Origin: Dicyema japonicum
Lineage: Eukaryota; Animalia; Dicyemida
NCBI GenBank assembly: GCA_011109175.1
Contig: RDEW01000014.1
Coordinates: 496,001 to 560,000 of the forward strand
DNA: 64,000 nt
Direction of reading: 5' to 3'
In this document: positions 24,720 through 37,300 of the stretch, one piece after another
Layout: every line of letters starts with the position of its first letter
How positions within the stretch are numbered: the first letter of the stretch is position 1
The notes under the pieces: generated by a model
Told to the model about the DNA's origin: nothing
Seen by the model: the letters and a program-made list of their open reading frames with translations, nothing else
The model's database searches: none
Position numbers and translations under genes: made by a program

Positions 24720-25100
24720 TATTAAATGTCCAATTGAGATCTGATACGAGACTGATCAATAGATAATATTGAAAACAGAGAGACTGCAGATTAGAAAATT
24801 ATGTCTTTCAGCAAGAATACCTGTCGCTTGCCTTCATATATTCAGCTTACTTACGATAACTATCAAAATCAACTGCAGGAGCCACTTGGTTTTGCAGCTT
24901 CTGAATCTGGCCCACATGATGTCAAAAATTTTAATAAATATTTTTTGAGACTTTTTGGGTAGTGGGGAGATAACGGACTCCTTTATCTCCAAAATAGGGC
25001 GAAGACTGGTTTCGAAGAGATGCCTACGAAGGAGTTTTTTATGCAGAAGCTTGAAATAGCGGTGATCAGAGCTAACGCTTACGCAATCCTGGCCTTTTGA
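24720..25100 (+). mobile_element. CRE-like 3' remnant (restriction-like endonuclease C-terminus)
   Basis: QKLEIAVIRANAYAIL matches the FQRLS.A.QRGNA motif; mirrored at 32700-33080. Confidence 0.7.
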
Positions 25101-25650
25101 TTAAATAACGTTAGATGTTTTCTTTTATAATCTTATTTTTTTAATTTATGCATAAAATTCACCTTAATTGGATTGGTTATTTGGCTAAAACAGTCAAATT
25201 GTTAAAGCTTTTACTTAATTTTTATGTCAATAAACGTCGTACAAAGGAAAATCGATAGGTTGATGGTTGCTATTATATTATTTAATTTATTATATTTTAA
25301 AAATATTTTGTGTTATTTTATTATTTGAAATTCAAAATATGTGAAATTCTGTGGTTTCTAATATGCAAAAATTTTAATACATTTATAAAATAATAGAAAA
25401 TTTTTAAATAATCATAAAGAACATTATTTGATTTATGATAAAAAGTGAGTTTTTAGTCTAGCATCGATAAAGTAATGATTAGATCTCGTTCAACTTACGA
25501 TGTTAGAAAATTGACAGTAAACGAATATGAATTTTATATTCTTTAAAAATAAATAATTCCTATACTCATTTTGAGAGGTAATGAAATCAGGTTACTCCCA
25601 AAGATAAAATCAAATTTCGAAGATTAGTGTTTATATTAAATTAAATTTAA

Positions 25651-25765
25651 TGTGTCACATGGGCCAAGCGATACCTATGCGCTGCCTGTTACATTAACCT
25701 AGAACCAAGATTAACTTCAATTAATTTTATAAATGATTTATTAACCACAAAAAATTAAATTTATA
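25651..25765. mobile_element. Solo right end of the Ginger-like element
   Basis: tgtcacatgggccaagcgatacctatg.gctgcctgttacatt is the reverse complement of 31281-31323. Confidence 0.85.
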
Positions 25766-25769
25766 TCCT

Positions 25770-27500
25770 TTGGATTGACGAGTGACGACCTCATTAGTAA
25801 TTACTCCACTGTGGACACTAGCGTCTACTCGGAACCACATGTGACAAAAGCAAAAAAAAGTGAAGAACGTTCCTTGAACCACTTTCTACGATTAGCTACT
25901 ATAACTTTTCTTTACTATAATAAAGTTTGTGTTCTTCCTGTCCTGGAATATATTTATTACTAGTTTTTTGTTAAAATATAGTATCCGACCGAAACAAGAA
26001 TTTACAATCTTTATTATGTCTTAATTAGTTTAGTTAGAGAAAAAAAGTAAGACATATAGATTAACCATTTTTCACAACATGACTATTTTATTTTCTGATT
26101 GCAAAGTGAATGAGTTAGAACTACCATCAACGCACAAAAAACAGTGTAGAATATACTTTCCTAATATTGATTAGAATTTATGCAAAATTAAATTTTTAAA
26201 AATAACCTATTATATAAGAATGTAAAAGTTTAGAATTTTATTATTAGTTAATGTTTAGTCCGAATAAAGAATGTAATAAATTAGTCATTAATCCTTCAAA
26301 TCAGATTCTAATTTAAAAAATAACCAAATTTTACCATTTATTTTTTGATCTGAATTACTCTTCTTTAGTTCTGTATCCGTCGACTTTGCAACATCATCAG
26401 CTGATTTAGATCTCTTCATTTCTTTACCGAAGCTTGGCTGAAAACGTACTTTTTCATTTATATAGCGAATTAATGGATTAATTTAAAAAATGTATTATAT
26501 TTTAATAGAATTTTATATATGAAAAACCGCAAAATTTCACATATTTGAAATTTAAGGACAAATACGAAAAGTAAACAATTTATATAAAAAAATTATTAAA
26601 TTACCACTTATTAAACCTATTTTTGCAAAAAAAATTATTACCCGACTAATTTGGGAAAGTTATATAGCTGTGGTAGTGTGGCACAAATTTGGGAGAGCAA
26701 CAAATTTGGAGAGTTGCATCTTCTAAGGACTCGAAAGACATATGCAATTAATTCCCAAAAGGCATCGACGTTCTTAAAAATCAACGGACTGTACCAAGAT
26801 TAGACTTCCGACTCGTTATAAAAAAAACGAATTTCCAATGTCTCGGATTTTAAAATTTACGAATTTTGATTTTTTGACAATCTATAAACTAATGTGCATG
26901 CATATTTTAACAAATGTTTTTATTAAAATACGATGTGATATATTGAATTCATGTAAATCTAATTATCAGTTCGCTACACTCGCAATATTTGGATCATCGG
27001 ATGGGTATATTCAGTTCGCCATTTTTATTCTGCTTATTTGTAGAAATATGTGATTAACCTGTTAAGCGTCAGAGAAGACATAGAACTTTATCCCGAGGAA
27101 GAAATAATTGATATTTTTACGAATCATGTCACTTTACAGTTTTGAAGATGAAAGCGATGAATCAAATCAGAGACGAATCATCCAGCGACTATGACGTTAA
27201 ACAAACTTTTAAAAAATATAAAATTCCCCAAGAACGTGTTAGTGACGCTTACAGGTTTTCATGAGACGCAGTTTATTCATCTTTTCACTTTACTTACCTT
27301 AAATAAATTTTCCGACTGTCCTACATAAAGTATTTGAAAAATCCGATGACGACAAAGACTCATTGAGTGTCCTGGCTAACAATAGAAGTGACTGGAAGAG
27401 TTCAACATTAAGAGTTCTTTTGCTTCACATGTGGGCTATTATTATAGATTTTGGGGATCAGTGACCACATTCACAGGTCCTAAGCTAAATTGATCCAAAA
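25770..27500 (-). pseudogene. Expanded family, copy c (partial B plus A)
   Basis: Nearly identical to 40925-42560 and the reverse complement of 19850-20910. Confidence 0.7.
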
Positions 27501-27509
27501 GTTCAATTA

Positions 27510-27720
27510 CAGTAAAACCTCTCGAATCCGGCGTAATTTGCCAGCTGCGAAATTACGCCGGATTCGAGAGGCAAATTTGATTTTTTTATAAATTAATAAA
27601 ATGCATTTTTTTTAATTTTAAAGACTAATTAAAAAATGAAAACATTAATTTCCTATAAAATAATCAGTTATTCTTGTTTTAATGTTCGTTTTGATGTTTC
27701 TACTAACATCATCAAGGAAG
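27510..27720 (+). mobile_element. Tigger/pogo-like terminal remnant with a perfect 22-bp hairpin
   Basis: TA+cagtaaaacctc start; stem 27518-27539 / 27550-27571; second copy at ~42590-42790. Confidence 0.65.
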
Positions 27721-28520
27721 ATCTTCTTTATCCTTTGCTCTGTTTAACCTCTTTCTGGCCGATCTCCCGACTTTTGAATCTGATAATGATATTCTACTAT
27801 CCTATGCGGATGATATTGTTTTGGCTTCGCGAGATCAGGACATCCAGAAGGTCACAGAAGAATACAAATTAACCTGGACAGGCTTAATGCCTAGATAATG
27901 GAAAACCGCCTCGTGGTGAATGCAGAAAAGTTGTCTACGTCACTATTTACCTCTGACAAAATAGTGGAAAGGAGGACAGCCACCTTGAAGTTAAACAAGG
28001 TCAGCATCTTTTTCAACAGATGTCAAAGGATCTTGGGTGTTAAAATTGATATGCATCTCTGTCTGACACCACACATAGAAAACATTCTATTGAAATGCGA
28101 AAGAAACTGAACATATTGAAAAGTTTATCGGGAATATGGATGTGTGGTACTTACCCAGTCTTGATTAACGTGTACAAATAGTACATCGAGCCATGTCTCT
28201 CATATGCATGTGCCTTGGGGACCGTCTATATCTTGGACAAATATGAGGAAAATTGAGGAAATGCAAAAGAGGGTTTACAGAGTAACGGAGTGTTGGATCT
28301 GTCAAGATCACCGAACCGGACCTACGCCTCTGGAGGCCCATATGAACTAGACTCCAGATCAAGGGAAGGTGTCCCTGAAAATTCAGGAAGCCGTCCTGTA
28401 CGTTCATGCGCGGGCACGAAGAATGAACACGGGGCAAAGATGAAGTTTCTTTAGAATGCATCGGGATCACATGATAATTAGTTTTGCTTTACAGTGGTCT
28501 TGGGTTTTAAAATAAAAAAA
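27720..28520 (+). mobile_element. Jockey/I-like RT remnant (paralogue of 15740-16540)
   Basis: tatgcggatgatatt (YADDI) and downstream sequence align with 15830-16540. Confidence 0.9.
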
Positions 28521-28599
28521 CAGATTGGCGGAAGGTGTTAACTTTTTTTATTGCACGAAAAGTCTCCATCTTCTCATGATTGTTATAGTATCTCATTTC

Positions 28600-29420
28600 T
28601 TTTTTTATGCATGTACACAAATCTGACTAAGGTGATATTGAATACATGAAGCTTTGGAACTAAGAAAGCATTGAATACAATGGTGTCTTGAATTCGAAAT
28701 TCGACTGGATTAAATTGAGGAATTCGCACGATTATCTTCTACATTGAGGGGGAACAAATGAAGTATTATTAATCGACTGTCTGTTTGTTAATTAATTGTG
28801 GAAATATTGATTTGGTGACATGGATCAATTACTCGAATATATCTGCCGCTTTATAGAGAATTTGATCTCTGTAGCCGATCCTCAAAAGGGCTAGCTGACG
28901 AACTAAGGATGTATAGTCAATACGAAGCTTATGTAACTGACAAAACGTCGGGTATCGGGGACACTTAATAGTCTGGAATGTAATAAAAAAACTTCTATTC
29001 AAAGACAAATGTGGAATACAGTAATCAAATTTCAAAAGCGCTGAAAAAAGGAAATGGGGTTAATAACACATTTGATTATTGTTTATCAAAAATAAAATTT
29101 TCTTTATTACTCATTCTAACTACCAACTCCACATAACGGCCAGTTTTTTTAGAAATTCCAAAATTAGCGGTAAGAGGTGTAGTGTAAGTAATTTCTTTTA
29201 GCGCATCGTTTTCCGATTCCGTGAACGACAAAGACCACCTTATTGACGGTTCTGGATGGTGATCTTTAAAAATTGGAAGGTCTCTCAGAGAAGGAGAACA
29301 CTTAGGTATATTGCGGGGGAAAACTATTGAGTAAATCTTTTTGCAAGGAAATCTTGCCAAAATGCGACTGGTGAATTTTTCTGATGGAGGATTCATGCGC
29401 ATAATCCCCAATCCTTATCG
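28600..29420 (-). pseudogene. Paralogue of the 16640-17990 gene fragment, lacking the RTE insertion
   Basis: Direct alignment; empty site tactcattctaactaccaactcc. Confidence 0.5.
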
Positions 29421-29525
29421 AAAATGTTCCGAAACACAATCTGAACAACAGGAAAAAATGTGAAGACTGCTGAGAGAGGTCACGATCTTTTCGTTTTGGT
29501 TATGGCGGTGGTTTTTGGTTAAATA

Positions 29526-31323
29526 TGTCACATGGGCTAACGCATGGGCAACCTGTTACATTTTTCGACCTTGAAAAGGTCTTTTGATTTTCCGAGATTT
29601 AATTTTGTATATCCGATTTATATCGCGATTTAATCCTGTTAAATTAGTTTTTTATTCATAAATGTTATGATTATATAGATTTTATTTTTTATAGCGGTAA
29701 AACTAGATTTCTAGCGTGATTTATAGCATGGAAGATTATTTTGTTGCAATGGCTTCTTACAAGGGTTTTGTGAAAGATTGCGTTAAATATCAAATATTAA
29801 AAGATGCTTTGCATGATAAATTTCCCGAAAATTTTTTGAGGCACCGAAAATATAGGCTTGTAAAGAAGATAGAGAATTTTTCCATTATCAATGACAGGTA
29901 TTGTAAATTTGCAATAATTTTAGATGTATCCTAAATCAACTGATACTCAAGTTAGTCATATCCCTGGATAATGAAACCGAAATGGAGCATGTTGCGAAAT
30001 CGTTGCACGAGTTTTCACACGGAGGAGTCAATAAAATTGAGTATGAATTTCGACAAAGATACTTCACTGTTAAGAATGAGATTATTAGAAAAGTCATGCG
30101 AAATTGTGAAGTCTGCAAATTTCAGCGTCCTTTATAAGATCGTGATTTTTTATTATTGGAGATATAAATCACCATGTGTTTGCTTCTTCTCCAACTGAAC
30201 GTTTTCAGGTAGATCTAATAGACCTGAAAAAAATTTCAACATTAAATGAAAATTTCAAATGGATTTTAACGCTCATTCACATATATAGTAGGTTGGTTTT
30301 TTTAAATTTATAGATTCGCTTTTGTACGACCACTCTATAATAAGTCTGGTTAAGAAGTACGTGAAAACTTAAGATCTTTATTCCGCCTGAATGGGCCATG
30401 TAAATTTCTTCAGTCGGACAATGGTTCTGAATTTAAAAATTAAGAAATAACAAAACTTTGCGAAGATTTTAACATTAAGCAAATTCACGGAAAGCCTAAC
30501 AATCAACGAGCACAAGGAATTGTCGAAAGATTTAATCTGACGATCACGAGGAAGTTGTCAAAAATGCTGGATAACAGTGAAAAAAAGTGGCTTGATAAAT
30601 TAGAAAGTGCTGTCTACAGTTACAACATATCGGTCCATTCATTTTCTAACGAAAGTCCTTTCGAAAGATATCGAGGAATTAAGGGAATAAATTCAATAAT
30701 TAATGGTTATACTTATATCATTATGACTTAGATAATTTAAGTGATGAGTGTGCGATTCCAGAACAAATTGACGATTTGGTTAATTGTTCGACTCCAGAAT
30801 CTATTGAAAAATCACGTAGTTTGATTTAAAAAATTTATATCTAGATAATTCCCAGTCAGATAATTTGTGTCCGAATGCGAAGAGATTCAATTTCGAAATT
30901 AAATCGATTGAAGAAAATTCGAATTATTACAAAGCTATGAACAGGAAAATGAATGTTCATAATAGTAAATATACTTTTAACATGGGAGATAAAGTATGAA
31001 TAAAAACATTAATAAATAGGTTCTGGCTAAAAAGGACTTTGGAACAAATCCCTTATTGCGACTGGATAAGTTTGAGTCTCAGTATTATCCAGTTACAGAA
31101 ATAATTAATATTTTATCGAATAATCGAGTGGAGGTAGTTTTAAATAGTTTAGATAAAAAATTCGAAAGGAGAAATATCGACTTTATTAATGAGTTGACTA
31201 AAAAAAGTTACTAAAATTTAATTTTTTGTGGTTAATAAATCATTTATAAAATTAATTGAAGACAATCTTGGTTCAAAGTTAATGTAACAGGCAGCCCATA
31301 GGTATCGCTTGGCCCATGTGACA
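29526..31323 (+). mobile_element. Ginger-like DNA transposon: HHCC plus rve integrase with micro-introns, inactivated
   Basis: TIRs TGTCACATGGGC...CCTGTTACATT at both ends; HEFSHGG..CEVC, FQVDLIDL, LQSDNGSEF, QGIVERFN; introns 29898-29923 and 30292-30313; premature stops; no clear TSD. Confidence 0.88.
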
Positions 31324-31460
31324 CATTAAATTTAATTTAATAAAAACACTAATCTTCGAAATTTGATTCTAACTTTGGGAGTAACCTGATTTCAGTACCT
31401 ATCAAAATGAGTATAAGAATTATGTATTTTTAGGGAAATTAAAATTCATATTCGTTTACT

Positions 31461-32257
31461 TTTATTTTGGTTGAGCTGGTGACGTGGCTCTAATAAAGTA
31501 TTAACATGTCTGAAAAGTACGAACCTTATTTTTTGGAGAAATTCTCGCTGCTCTCATTCAACGTCCGAGGCCTAACCCCTTCTTGGAAAAGGACCTCCCT
31601 CTGTCAAGACCTACATAATTACGATGTCGCAATCGGTTGCCTACAGGAAACCAAAATCCAAGATAACCACAAAGAAACATGTGGTAAATTCAAATTGATC
31701 TTTCTTCCGACTGTCAACAGGCACTATGGACTGGGTTTTGCCATCAAAATGGAATTTCTCCCCCATATCTACAGAGTATGGGCAGTTAATGACCGCATCG
31801 GAGTTCTACAAATGAAGTTTATGAATGCCAAAGCAAACACTGACATTGTCTCCATTATAAATGTATACGCACCTCACAGTGGTTGGATTAACAAAGATCC
31901 GGCTCTATTTGATGACTTCTACTCAGATTTATATTTAGAATTGGCCGACTCCGCACTTTTATTTATAGCTGGTGATATGAACGCCAAGGTGGGGAGGAGA
32001 ACAGATACCGACGAAACGTTTCAAACCGAGGAGGTGAAGTTCCGAGGACGTCCGAGAGCATCACTGGCCACGACACTGAATGAAGACCTGAAGAGAATAG
32101 GATTATCTCTAACTACGGGAGATGACCTGGACTACTTGAGGGATTTGGCTCAGGATCATGGAAAGTGGAGAAAATTAACTAAAAGATTAATGTTTGGTAC
32201 TGCACTGGTTTTGTCATTTCCAATGGCAAGACGTTGTGCTTTATAATAATAATAATA
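31461..32257 (+). mobile_element. Internally deleted RTE (endonuclease fused in frame to the C-terminus), (TAA)n tail, 11-bp TSD
   Basis: ORF 31506-32246: FNVRGL, CLQET, INVYAPH, GDMNAKVG, then RGRPR..LNEDLKRIG; TSD attcgtttact at 31450-31460 and 32258-32268; empty site at ~25510-25530. Confidence 0.92.
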
Positions 32258-32699
32258 ATTCGTTTACTGTCAATTTTCTAGCATCGTCAGTTGACTGAGA
32301 TCTCTTCATTACTTTATCGATGCTAGACTAAAACTCACTTTTTTTATTCATAAGTCAAATAATGTTCTCAATTATTATTTAAAAATTTACTATTATTTTA
32401 TAAATGTATTAAAATTTATGCATCTTAGAAAACCACAGAATTTCACATATTTGGAATTTCAAATAATAAAATAACACACAATATTTTTAAAATATAATAA
32501 ATTAAATAATTTAATAGCAACCATCAACCTATCGATTTTCTTTTGTACGACGTTTATTGACATAAAAATTAAGTTAAAGCTTTAACAATTTGACTGTTTT
32601 AGCCAAATATACAATCCAATTAAGGTGAATTTTATGCATAAATTTAAAAAAATAAAAACGTATAAAAAAGAAAACAACTAACGTTATTTAATCAATAGG

Positions 32700-33080
32700 C
32701 CAGGATTGCGTAAGCGTTACCTCTGATCACCGCTATTTCTAGCTTCTGCATCAAAAAACTCTTTCGTAGGCATCTCTTCGAAACCAGTCTTCACCGATTT
32801 TGGAGATAAAGGAGTCCGTTTTCTCCTCACAACCCAGGAAGTCTCAAAAAATATTTTATTAAAATTTTTGACATCATGTGGGCCAGAATCAGATGCTGCA
32901 AAACCCGGTGGCTCCTGCAGTTGATTTTGATAGCTATCGTGAGTAAGCTGAATATATGAAGGCAAGCGACAGGTATTCTTGCTGAAAGACATAATTTTCT
33001 CATCTGCAGTCTCTCTGTTTTCAATATTATTTATTGATCAGTCTCGTATCAGTTCTCAATTGGACATTAATAGACATTCT
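32700..33080 (-). mobile_element. CRE-like 3' remnant (mirror of 24720-25100)
   Basis: Reverse complement alignment. Confidence 0.7.
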
Positions 33081-33088
33081 TCCAGATT

Positions 33089-35055
33089 GAATGAATGAAT
33101 AAACTTTATTAGGCAAAAACAAATGTTAAGTAATCAGGGAAAAACTAACTAAGGGCCCTTTCACCGCCTTGCGGCAGCGTTTTCGTGCCATCACTTTCGT
33201 CTTCCCCGTGCCTCCATCGTTTTATAAAAGTCTTCGTCATATTCTAAAGTCCTCCTTTTTTGAAGACGATGTTGAGCATCGCTTCGACGCATTATCTAAC
33301 CTATAAGATAACGCGATATCCCTAAGTGCCGTTTGGAGCCTAGCCTCAGTGGCGTTGCAATAGTTACTCACCATCCGATGGATAGTGCCTACATCACCTT
33401 CCATTCCAGGGGAGGGCACCTGCCTTCTCTCCTGTGGTACCATATCCGTTGCCTCTGATACAGGGGGCACTTGCTATGGCTCGCCCTGTGTCCTTCCGTT
33501 CCACAGTTCACACATTTGAGATACTTGCCGCTTGTTTGGCAAGCCTTCCGCGAATGTGGTCCCCCGCAATTTAGGCACTTCTTTTTATAAGTGCATCGGT
33601 GGCTAGTGTGGCCGAATCCCTGGTATCTGTAGCACTGGATTGCTACCTGTCGCTATCGGGCCACACCAAATCTAAAGTAACCTATTTTTAACTTCTCAAA
33701 GCAGATCCTTTCTGCTTCTGCTCCGGATCTGATCCACACCTTGAGAGTTCTGAACCTCACACTCCCACTCTTGAAGCGCTCGATCTTGTGCGCCGTGGGG
33801 TAGTCCTTTTTGATGAACTCGAGTACATCTTCATCGAAGAAGTCCAGAGGTACTCTGAAGACTAATACAACCGAGTCTGTTTGCTTGGGGTTGACACGAG
33901 ACATGTTATGTGCCCCGGGCCCAAAAGGTACCGTCTTATTCACCTCAGCTTCAAAAGCTGAGGCGTCCACCTCGTTTCTGAATCCCACCAGCAAGTGGGA
34001 TTCTCCACGTCTGACGATCCTTCCTTTAGCATAGGTAGCCAGAGTACCTATGCAGGTGTAAAAAAAAGTCAAGTGGAGAAAAGGTCAAGCGGAAAAAAGT
34101 CAAGTTGTCTTTTTTAGTTTATATCGCATTTTTGTGATACTACTAGCATCTTTAAAGTTTAAAAAATTTTTTCAATACTTGACTTTTTTTCCGCTTGACT
34201 TTTTTTCCATTTTTGAAAATTTTTCCCTTATAAATTTTCGAAATTTAGCGCAAAACGGAAAAAAAGTCAAGTCCGTTAACGAAATTACGGACTTATAAAC
34301 TAAAAAACTAAAAAAAAGACGACTTGACTTTTTTCCCCTTACGGACTTGACGTTTTTACCGCACTCCCTTATGCCACATAGGAGTTTCAGAAACCGCAGA
34401 CTTTCTTTTTCTTTCTTTTTCTCCCTACTGTAGTCCAGCCTACAGTCCTCGGGATGGTCCTCTTCTCGGCCTTCATTGAGGGCAGGCACAGCCTGTTGGA
34501 CCGCTGGCTGTGTGACGGATTCAGCCCTGCCCTCGGTCCCTGGTCCTTGATCCATATTTGGAGGCTGAGTCTTCCTCTCAACCTCCATCATCCTCGTAGC
34601 AGGCACTGCCTGTTCAATCGCTGGCTGTGGAGAGATGTCCGCAGCCGTTTTGAAAGCAGCCCTGCCGTCGATCCCCATGTTTACTCTGAAAGCCAAGAGG
34701 ACCGAGTCGCGAACGACCCGCCTGAGCTTTTCGAAGCCTCTGACTCCTCTAAAATATAGTCCAATAGTGGGCTTATTAATGAAAAGTCCTTGAACCACGT
34801 GGTCCACTGTATCACGGACCACTCGTGAGATGTCTTCATATTTATCAATATTTCCTACTCTAACTGATTTGCTTTTCGCTTTTGTACGTACTTTTCCACC
34901 TTTACCGCGAGTAGACATTTTATTCTTCTCTATAAGCCTTTTTTATTGCCGAATAATCATAATCTTTTTTAACGACCCTTTTTATAGGGTAACACGGCTG
35001 TCCTCTATTCACTCAAAAACTCATCCAACCTCTTTCGAAGGGCAAACTAGGATAC
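33089..35055 (-). mobile_element. LINE derivative carrying only ORF1 (RRM-like region plus three zinc knuckles)
   Basis: ORFs 34172-34918 and 33653-34072, then CYRYQGFGHTSHRC, CLNCGGPHSRKAC, CVNCGTEGHRASHSKC; AATAAA and (ATTC)n tail at 33089-33110; no EN or RT sequence between ORF1 and the tail. Confidence 0.8.
34054..34369. mobile_element. 316-bp MITE-like insertion with 5-bp TSD
   Basis: tatgc at 34049-34053 and 34370-34374; removal restores LCGI-GTLATY in ORF1; eight AAGTCAAG-type motifs in both orientations. Confidence 0.8.
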
Positions 35056-35554
35056 TGTTTTTTAGACTTCTCTAAAAGTCTGGCTCAATAACTTTCATGA
35101 AGTCTCCCTTCGACCAAAATAGATTCCCATATTAATCGTCATTATTACGTTGTCGAAATTATTGGTAGATTTTGGAGGATCATCTGTCAGAAGTTACACG
35201 TGTACAATAATGATTGTCATTAGCAGGAATATAGTAATATTTCCTTTAATCAGGTCGGACACAAACTTAATTTAAAAAAAGGAAGAACAGTTAAGCTAAT
35301 TAATCGTCGTAAAGAAGTGAAGATTCTGAATGCTGTTAACGTTTTTTTGGTTGACGGGAGTCCCTGTAGACATTCAGATTCTAAAGTGAGGTATCAGTGA
35401 AGTAATCGCTCGGCAATCCAAAAAGCATCATCGATGCATGGAACCTTGGGCCGGAATGAGGAACATCAAGATTCAAACCGGTAGGCATTTGAATTCTGTC
35501 CCGTACTTATGACACTGATGAAGTTAACAAGAACGTAAAATTAAAAAATTATAA

Positions 35555-36701
35555 CTATGAAATATCATCCATCAATGCTAATAAATCAATATCCTGGTCG
35601 ATCTGGTCTGTTTTCTCAACACGTTTACGAGATTTTGTGATTTTGTTATCTTCATTTAAAAAATCAAATGAAAGTTGTTCATCCACAGCCTCAATCTGCA
35701 GACCAGACAATAATGAATTCAAATATTTATCATTTTGATCAATCATTCTAACATTTTCTTTCTTCACATATTCGGTGTCTACTCCATACCTTAAAATAAA
35801 AGTAAGTAATACGAATAAACTCCCAATCTCACAAATCTATCGTTCTTCCTATATAAAAGAGAAGTACAATCATAAGGTTGATATAAATTTGAGACATTTT
35901 CCGAAGAGCCACAATCCTTTAAAGTCGGATATGACGCATCTTTGGCCAAAGAAGAATAAACAAACAATTTTCCATCATAGTCCTGGAATCGACCTAACAA
36001 AACATTAATCTTCCAATGAAAGTCAATAAAAATATTTAGAATTTTTGATCTAATAAATATTAATTCGATCGGTCTTTTTTTTGAGAAAGCCTATTATGCA
36101 ATAATATGTACTTTAAGGACTGTCGACTTGACTTTCTCGACGATGCTTATAGTAGTGGGATTCTTCAATTCTTGTTTAATGTGGTAAAGGTGAGTGTATG
36201 TTAATGTAAGAATAGAGTCGAAGCGATCATTGCAAGTGAAAACCATAAACTTTGTCATCATTACAGCCATTATGAAAATCTAGGTAATTAACATATTCCC
36301 ACTCTATTGATATTATCTTCAGTCGCCCTAATTATCCGAGAATTAACGTTTGTTTTAATATACTGAATTAGGCTATTAGGAGTTAATTTGCCTAATCCCT
36401 CAAAGAATTCCTCATTAAAGCAGTTCACAACAATATCATCATAAACTAAATAAATATTAATAATACCATCTTTTATCCTTTCTTCTGATAATTTAATATC
36501 TTTAAGCTTTCTTTGAATAATATAGAAATATTCTCCAACATAATTAATATACAAGAGATTATTAGACATTACATAGAAACTATTATTATTAAATATTATT
36601 AAACAAAGAATAAAACATTTATTTAATATGTTTTCACTTTTATTCTGTTGTTGGTGGCGTGGTTCATAAATCTTCACACGTACTAACGTCGCAGTCATCA
36701 T
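35555..36701 (-). CDS. Unknown multi-exon gene C, inverted copy
   Basis: Reverse complement of 22862-23993. Confidence 0.5.
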
Positions 36702-36864
36702 TTTATTCTCTGTAGAAGGGTTTTCATAATTTAATCTTCACTAGAGGATTTGGTCAGGGAGAAGGTGTATCATGCGTGAAGGACTCGTCGTCCCTAACAT
36801 GTGGGATCTTTTTGATGAGAATTGAACAAGAATTGATGCCTCTCTAATAATGTCTTTATCGTAC

Positions 36865-37290
36865 TCTCAGTCTGTCTATTCTACCCCGTTTACTATTGCA
36901 GCTTTAAAAATCAGAGGACTCGCTTCTAACAGTAAAAGGAGATTTTATTCATGGATTTTCGATGAATTGTGGAGACATGCAAAGAAAATTAGTAAAACGG
37001 ATAGTGAAGAGCACGGTACACAAGGAACCTTAAGTATTCATATGCTTATGAGCAACGCGGGGGTCCATTTAACTAACTAACAAGCTTTCATGCTTTGTAG
37101 CCATGAGAATGACTTCTTCGCTTCTGATTCGTAGACGGCTCAGGACCACCCTCACGATAATCTTCAACAGTGACCTCCAAAAGATTATGAGACGCTTCAG
37201 AGAGATAGAGGATCTGTATGGTCTACGGGAGCTTGCTTATAAGAAAGGCAAGAGGTGGAAGATTCCTTAGTTTTTAGGGTAGCAAAAGTT
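36865..37290 (+). mobile_element. Two stacked LINE 3' fragments (CTAA-tailed, then RTE)
   Basis: taactaactaac tail at ~37070-37082; the first fragment is absent from the paralogue at 58330-58360; second reads RRRLRTTLTIIFNSDLQKI. Confidence 0.7.
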
Positions 37291-37300
37291 TTGTCATGAC

